Origin: Ignicoccus islandicus DSM 13165
Lineage (GTDB): Archaea > Thermoproteota > Thermoprotei_A > Sulfolobales > Ignicoccaceae
NCBI RefSeq assembly: GCF_001481685.1
Contig: NZ_CP006867.1
Coordinates: forward strand, 630,001 to 662,000
Direction: 5' to 3'
DNA: 32,000 bases
Of this stretch, positions 27,050 to 32,000 are shown in pieces. Positions within the stretch are counted from its first letter, which is position 1; the number at the start of each line of letters is the position of its first letter. The translations under genes and the position numbers were made by a program. The notes under the pieces are model-generated. The model was not told where the DNA came from. It worked only from the letters and a program-made list of their open reading frames with translations, and searched no databases.

Positions 27050-27718
27050 TTAAAAAATTTTACACTCCTTATCCTCCAACCATGGTGGTCCTAACTCGAT
27101 TGACTTCTCTAATACTTGTTTAACCTTCTCCTTACCGTAAAAACATTCGTTATTTACGCACAGAACTTCGGCTTCGTATTGGAGAAGCTTTCGGAGCGAC
27201 TCTAACCACGCGCGTTCGTCACTTCCCCACTTCTTACACAACGGACCTAAGGCATCACCAGCCAGTAGGGTTCCATTGAAATATACTGAAAGCGATCCTG
27301 CCGTGTGGCCGGGAGTAAGGATAACCTCTATCTCACATATGTTCAAATCGCTTGATATTCTCCATCCTACCGGTACTGGCTTAGGTTTAATCCCAATGTA
27401 ATCCGATGCAGTGTATTTCTCATCACCTCTCTGAATCGCCTCGGCATCTACTTCTCCGGCAGCGATCGAAACTCCATATTTGTGAAAGAGCCAGTCCCCA
27501 CCGGTTCTGTCAACGTGAGCGTGAGTGTTAACTAAATACTCCACTTCCCAAGGCTTGACGCCATAATAAAGCATGTTTTGAAAAGCCACTTCACCGTATG
27601 CCCCTGAATCGACTATTACGTTACACTCGCTCGCCTTTATTAGAAAGGCTTGACCTTCGTTATTCAAGGGAGGACCAGTAAGTAAGTAAACCCCCTCACT
27701 TATCCTAATACTTTTCAC
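27050..27718 (-). CDS. Metallo-beta-lactamase-fold hydrolase
   Basis: VNTHAHVDRTGGDWLF, ILTPGHTAGSLSVYF, LLAGDALG. Confidence 0.88.
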   Translation of the reverse strand: MKSIRISEGVYLLTGPPLNNEGQAFLIKASECNVIVDSGAYGEVAFQNMLYYGVKPWEVEYLVNTHAHVDRTGGDWLFHKYGVSIAAGEVDAEAIQRGDEKYTASDYIGIKPKPVPVGWRISSDLNICEIEVILTPGHTAGSLSVYFNGTLLAGDALGPLCKKWGSDERAWLESLRKLLQYEAEVLCVNNECFYGKEKVKQVLEKSIELGPPWLEDKECKIF

Positions 27719-27811
27719 CTAAGGCCGTTTACGCGAATAAACGTAATGTAGTCGTATGTACAATACTTAATTTACCCTTACAGCGCACAACTCCGAAAGG
27801 GTGCGTCCAAC

Positions 27812-29101
27812 GTGCCAAAAACGATAGCTGAGAAAATACTGAGCGCTAAAGCAGGAAAGGATGTTTCCCCGGGCGAGATAGTCGTTGTCGAACTCGACGC
27901 AGTCATGGCGCAAGACGGCACTGCCCCTCTAGCGATAAAGGTCATGAATGAGAAATTCGGTGGAGAACGCGTGAAGGATCCTTCTAAAGTAGTTCTGGTA
28001 ATTGATCACACTGCCCCCAGCAACAATCCTGGTACCTCGGAGCTTCATATTCTCATGAGGAAATTCGCTCGAAGACACGGTTGTAGACTATTTGACGTAG
28101 GGAATGGTATTTGTCATCAACTCATGGTCGAATACGGATATGCGTATCCAGGGGCAGTAGTCGTAGGAGCCGATTCTCATACAGTAACTTATGGTGCATT
28201 GGGGGCCTTTTCAACGGGAGTGGGTTCGACCGACGCAGCAATAGCTATGATGACAGGAAAGCTATGGTTCAAGGTTCCCGAAGCCCTAAAGTTTAACTTA
28301 ACTGGGAAGTTCAAAGAGGCAGTAATGAGTAAAGACTTGATTCTCACTATTATTGGAGAACTAGGTGAGGACGGTGCGACCTATATGAGTGCTGAGTTCG
28401 TTGGTGATGGATTAAAGGATATGAGAATTGACTCGAGACTTACCGTAAGCAATATGGTAGTTGAAATGGGAGCCAAAGTTGGATTAATGCCAGCAGATGA
28501 AGAGGTAATGAGGTTCGTAGAAGGTAGAGCCAGAGGGACTCCAAAACCGGAGCTCACGTATCCCGATAAGGGAGCTCACTATAAGGACGAATTTGAAATG
28601 GAATTAGAGAAGATAGAGCCTATGATAGCTAAACCATACTCTCCTGCAAACGTGGTAGCAGTGGATGAACTCGAAGGCATGGAGATAGATCAAGTATTCA
28701 TTGGAAGTTGCACTAATGGTAGATTGGAGGACTTGGCGGTTGCTGCTAAGATATTGAAAGGAAAGAAGGTTGCCGATGGAACTCGATGTATAGCTATCGC
28801 AGCCTCTAGGAACGTATACACGGAAGCTCTCAAGAAAGGGTACGTAGAGACCTTAACGGAAGCGGGATGTTTAGTTACTTTTGGAACTTGCGGACCGTGC
28901 GTTGGTGCACACTACGGCGTTCTGGGACCCGGCGAGGTTGCTCTATTCACAACAAACAGAAACTTCAGAGGTAGGAGTGGACATAGAGATAGCAAAGTTT
29001 ACCTAGTTAGCCCAGCAACGGCAGCAGCTAGTGCGATCGAGGGCAAGGTTGTTAACCCAAGAAAGTACCTAAACCAGAGGATCAGGGACATCGAAATATG
29101 A
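27812..29101 (+). CDS. leuC: 3-isopropylmalate dehydratase / homoaconitase-type large subunit (copy 2)
   Basis: TIAEKILSAKAG, VVLVIDHTAPSNNPGTSELH, VGADSHTVTYGALGAFSTGVG, FIGSCTNGRLEDL, CGPCVGAHYGVLGPGEVALFTTNRNFRGRSGH. Confidence 0.9.
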   Translation: MPKTIAEKILSAKAGKDVSPGEIVVVELDAVMAQDGTAPLAIKVMNEKFGGERVKDPSKVVLVIDHTAPSNNPGTSELHILMRKFARRHGCRLFDVGNGICHQLMVEYGYAYPGAVVVGADSHTVTYGALGAFSTGVGSTDAAIAMMTGKLWFKVPEALKFNLTGKFKEAVMSKDLILTIIGELGEDGATYMSAEFVGDGLKDMRIDSRLTVSNMVVEMGAKVGLMPADEEVMRFVEGRARGTPKPELTYPDKGAHYKDEFEMELEKIEPMIAKPYSPANVVAVDELEGMEIDQVFIGSCTNGRLEDLAVAAKILKGKKVADGTRCIAIAASRNVYTEALKKGYVETLTEAGCLVTFGTCGPCVGAHYGVLGPGEVALFTTNRNFRGRSGHRDSKVYLVSPATAAASAIEGKVVNPRKYLNQRIRDIEI

Positions 29102-29493
29102 ACGAAGTACCTAGTTTAAGGTTATGTGGTATCGGATGGTTCAAGTTACATGTAAACAACCTTATCACAAACAGAGACTTAATAGTTAGATGGGATGGGA
29201 AGATACTAAGAAGAAACTCCAAACCATCTAAGCAATACTCTCATATATACTTCCACACACCTCTCTCGTTAGAAGAGTTCTTACAATATGAACCATTCCT
29301 GTCTACATGCGAACAGATAATAATCGGTAGTGGTTATAATGGTAGAATGAAAGTAATGGATGGAGTCATTCGGTATCTCCAAGAGAAAGGAAGAGAACTT
29401 GTAATTAGTGAAACACCTCAAGCAATCACATATTTCGTTAAGCAAGTAAATCTCAATAGGAAATCGTGTTTAATAGTGCACCTCACATGTTGA
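29098..29493 (+). CDS. Mth938-like domain protein
   Basis: Pattern CEQIIIGSGYNGRMKVMDGVIRYLQEKGRELVISETPQAITYFVKQ...SCLIVHLTC resembles the Mth938-like family; 4-nt overlap with leuC copy 2. Confidence 0.65.
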   Translation: MNEVPSLRLCGIGWFKLHVNNLITNRDLIVRWDGKILRRNSKPSKQYSHIYFHTPLSLEEFLQYEPFLSTCEQIIIGSGYNGRMKVMDGVIRYLQEKGRELVISETPQAITYFVKQVNLNRKSCLIVHLTC

Positions 29494-29539
29494 TTATGCT
29501 CATAAGCGACCAAACGTTTGATGAAAGGGTTTAAGGGAA

Positions 29540-30148
29540 TTGTTGAAGTTCGTTATTGATACAAGTGCTTTAACTGATCCGAGACTACGCGAGCGTTTTA
29601 AATCAAAAGAGCTATGGGAATGTATAGAGAAATCGCTCGAACTCATGGCCTTGGCTAAGGTTAGGCTAGGATTCAGTTACTACGCAACCCCATCTATATT
29701 GAAGGAAATTGTGGGGTTTCTAGAGAGGAGTTCCTCACCGCCATCAGTAATCTCAAAGCTCAACGTCTGGATATCCCCCCTCTCTCCATCCCTTGATGAA
29801 ATAAAGATACCAGCGTCGTTATTCGTAGAGTACGTAAAGGAAGTTAGGAGGCGATTCGATAAAGGCTTGCGAGTGGCCGAAGAGAGTACCCGAAGAGCAC
29901 ATTCTGGTGGCGACATAGGGGATCACATTAGAACGTTACGTGAAAAGTATAGAGAAAGTACGAGGAAGGGTATAGTAGATTCTCCTTCAGATATTGAGGC
30001 TATATTATTGGCATACCAGTTGAATGCGGTGCTTGTGAGTAACGATGAAGGACTATGCGAATTAGCTAGGAGACTGGGCGTCAGTTGCATTGACCCAATA
30101 ACGTTTTTCGACACCATAGAGGAATATTTGAGGCTCGCAAAGAGCTGA
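29540..30148 (+). CDS. PIN-domain protein of the HARP / UPF0278 ('RNA ligase partner') family
   Basis: KFVIDTSALTDPRLRERF, GFSYYATPSILKEIVGFLE, IRTLREKYRESTRKGIVDSPSDIEAILLAYQLNAVLVSNDEGLCELARRLGVSCIDPITF. Confidence 0.85.
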   Translation: MLKFVIDTSALTDPRLRERFKSKELWECIEKSLELMALAKVRLGFSYYATPSILKEIVGFLERSSSPPSVISKLNVWISPLSPSLDEIKIPASLFVEYVKEVRRRFDKGLRVAEESTRRAHSGGDIGDHIRTLREKYRESTRKGIVDSPSDIEAILLAYQLNAVLVSNDEGLCELARRLGVSCIDPITFFDTIEEYLRLAKS

Positions 30149-30198
30149 GGAAAAGAATTTGTAAAGAAGAACGTGTATTTAATTTAGGAGAAGTTCTC

Positions 30199-31248
30199 AT
30201 GACCGTTAAAGTCGCAATAAATGGATTTGGAACTATAGGTAAGAGGGTCGCTGAGGCCGTTCTTAAGCAAGACGATATGGAATTAGTTGGCGTCACTAAA
30301 ACTCGACCGGATTACTTGGCCAAAGCAGCTTCTCTCAGGGGTTTATTATACGTACCTGAGGAAAAACTCCAAGACTTCGAGAAAAGTGGAATAGAAGTGG
30401 CCGGAACGCTCGACGAACTTTTACGGAAAGTCGATGTTGTCGTGGACGCTACCCCGGGCGGCATAGGTAAGGAGTACAAGAAAGTTTACGAGAAGTACGG
30501 CGTTAAGGCGATATTTCAAGGAGGCGAGAAACACGAAGTTGCTGGCTTCAGTTTCTCGACTCTATGTAACTATGAGGAAGCTCACGGTAAGCAGTACGCT
30601 AGAGTAGTCTCATGCAACACAACGGGATTACTGAGAGTTCTCTGTACATTACACAAGGAAATAGGCATTGAGAAAGTAAGGGCCACAATCGTAAGGAGAG
30701 GCGCAGATCCCCATGAAACAAAAAGAGGGCCCATCAACGCAATTGTTCCGAATCCGGTAACTCTACCTAGCCATCACGGCATCGATGTTCGAACAGTACT
30801 TGACATAGACATTGCAACAACAGCAGTGGTAGTTCCAACTACTATCATGCACCTACACGTACTAAATATAGTTCTAAAAGAGAACGTAAGTAAAGAGAAG
30901 ATATTAGAGGCTCTCGAGGCAGCACCTAGGATCCTAGTAATACCGAGCGAGTTTAGCGGCATTAAAGATACGGCCAAAATAATTGAAATGGCACGCGACA
31001 TGGGCAGGAAGAGATACGATCTCAACGAACTCGCCGTATTTGAGGAAAGTATTTCCGTGAACGGAAAGGAACTCTTCTTAATGCAAGCCGTTCATCAAGA
31101 AAGCATTGTTGTACCAGAAAACATTGACGCGATCCGTGCGCTCGCCACTAACGTATCGAAAGAAGAGAGCATAAGGAAAACAGATAGTACCCTCGGTCTA
31201 GTTAAGACGTTCGATGACGTATTAAAGGTAATATCGCGATTCGAATAA
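30199..31248 (+). CDS. gap: Glyceraldehyde-3-phosphate dehydrogenase, archaeal type II
   Basis: VAINGFGTIGKRVAEAV, VVSCNTTGLLRVL, RRGADPHETKRGPINAIVPNPVTLPSHHGIDV, VVPTTIMHLH. Confidence 0.96.
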   Translation: MTVKVAINGFGTIGKRVAEAVLKQDDMELVGVTKTRPDYLAKAASLRGLLYVPEEKLQDFEKSGIEVAGTLDELLRKVDVVVDATPGGIGKEYKKVYEKYGVKAIFQGGEKHEVAGFSFSTLCNYEEAHGKQYARVVSCNTTGLLRVLCTLHKEIGIEKVRATIVRRGADPHETKRGPINAIVPNPVTLPSHHGIDVRTVLDIDIATTAVVVPTTIMHLHVLNIVLKENVSKEKILEALEAAPRILVIPSEFSGIKDTAKIIEMARDMGRKRYDLNELAVFEESISVNGKELFLMQAVHQESIVVPENIDAIRALATNVSKEESIRKTDSTLGLVKTFDDVLKVISRFE

Positions 31249-31355
31249 CATTACATCTTTTCATTACATTTTTCCATTTGTCTAATTATTAGAAAGGTGT
31301 GTTAATGAGTGCTAAGACTTATTTTTTCAATTAGGTATTCCTAACGGGGCTTCGA

Positions 31356-32000
31356 ATGACGTGTAGTTTAAAAATTCCAATAGCGGGACAGCCCAACGTA
31401 GGAAAATCGACTTTTATTAATGCAGTCCTTGGAGAGTATGTTACAGAGATAGCCAATTGGCCGGGAGCAACCGTTGAGGTAAAGGTAATTGAAGCAAAAG
31501 TAGGCAATCGTGAGGTGTGCTTAATAGACCTACCCGGTGCATATTCTCTTAGTGGTGGTAGTGAAGAAGAGCGTGTGACAGCGAAATTCTTACTTGAAGA
31601 AGATTTCGACAACGTGATTCTACTAGGTGACGCAACGGCTCCACACAGAACCTTCTATCTTATAGTCCAAGTACTCGAGTTATTGGGAATAGGTGTAATA
31701 GCCCTAAATAAGTACGATAGAGCACTAAAAGCTGGTATTCACATCAATAGTGAGGCCTTAAGTAAGAGGTTAGGCAAACCAGTCTTTCTGATATCAGCTG
31801 TAACGAGAGAAGGCGTTCACGAGGTAATCGAAAAGGCTCTCGAAAAGCAATCGCCGAAGTATTTAGACATAGATTACGGAGACTTGGAATACTATGTCGT
31901 ACAAATCTCAAAGATGATCTCGAGACTAAACCTAAAAGGCAATCCGAGGTGGTATGCAGCCGAGTTCTTATTAGGCAATCAATTAGTAGACGAAATTATC
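31356..32000 (+). CDS. feoB: FeoB-type GTPase, N-terminal part (runs off window end)
   Basis: Open frame from ATG at 31356: MTCSLKIPIAGQPNVGKSTFINAVLGEYVTEIANWPGATVEVKV...VCLIDLPGAYSLSGGSEEERVTAKFLL... Missing from the ORF track because it is truncated. Confidence 0.85.
   Translation, partial: MTCSLKIPIAGQPNVGKSTFINAVLGEYVTEIANWPGATVEVKVIEAKVGNREVCLIDLPGAYSLSGGSEEERVTAKFLLEEDFDNVILLGDATAPHRTFYLIVQVLELLGIGVIALNKYDRALKAGIHINSEALSKRLGKPVFLISAVTREGVHEVIEKALEKQSPKYLDIDYGDLEYYVVQISKMISRLNLKGNPRWYAAEFLLGNQLVDEII

Overview
32 kb of compact, moderately AT-rich archaeal chromosome. The gene content (aCPSF1/FttA, aspartate kinase, rpl2, CoaBC plus pantoate kinase, type II GAPDH, BHB-intron tRNAs) points to a hyperthermophilic crenarchaeon, possibly Desulfurococcales/Ignicoccus-like. 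That placement is inference, not proven. About 26 CDS and 5 tRNA/SRP RNA genes are supported. RNA genes: SRP/7S RNA on the minus strand (~491-850); tRNA-Ser(GCT); tRNA-Glu(CTC); and two tRNA-Lys genes, TTT with a 13-nt canonical intron and CTT with a 23-nt non-canonical variable-loop intron, which share an identical 65-bp 3' block including a hairpin trailer. I also find an unannotated RNA in the intergenic gap at ~5115-5196 that folds by hand into an archaeal H/ACA pseudouridylation guide: lower stem, two guide strands, textbook K-turn and an ACA box 15 nt below the pocket. Other points of interest: a TTCAATTC/GAATTGAA dyad cluster upstream of hcp; a Cys-cluster/acidic orphan directly upstream of FttA; a HARP-like (UPF0278) PIN protein, i.e. 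candidate RNA-free RNase P; a PRT-orphan-DUF711 cluster; two divergent LeuC-type dehydratases without adjacent small subunits; and a large secreted orphan. I see no CRISPR array, transposon, integrase or recognisable defence island.
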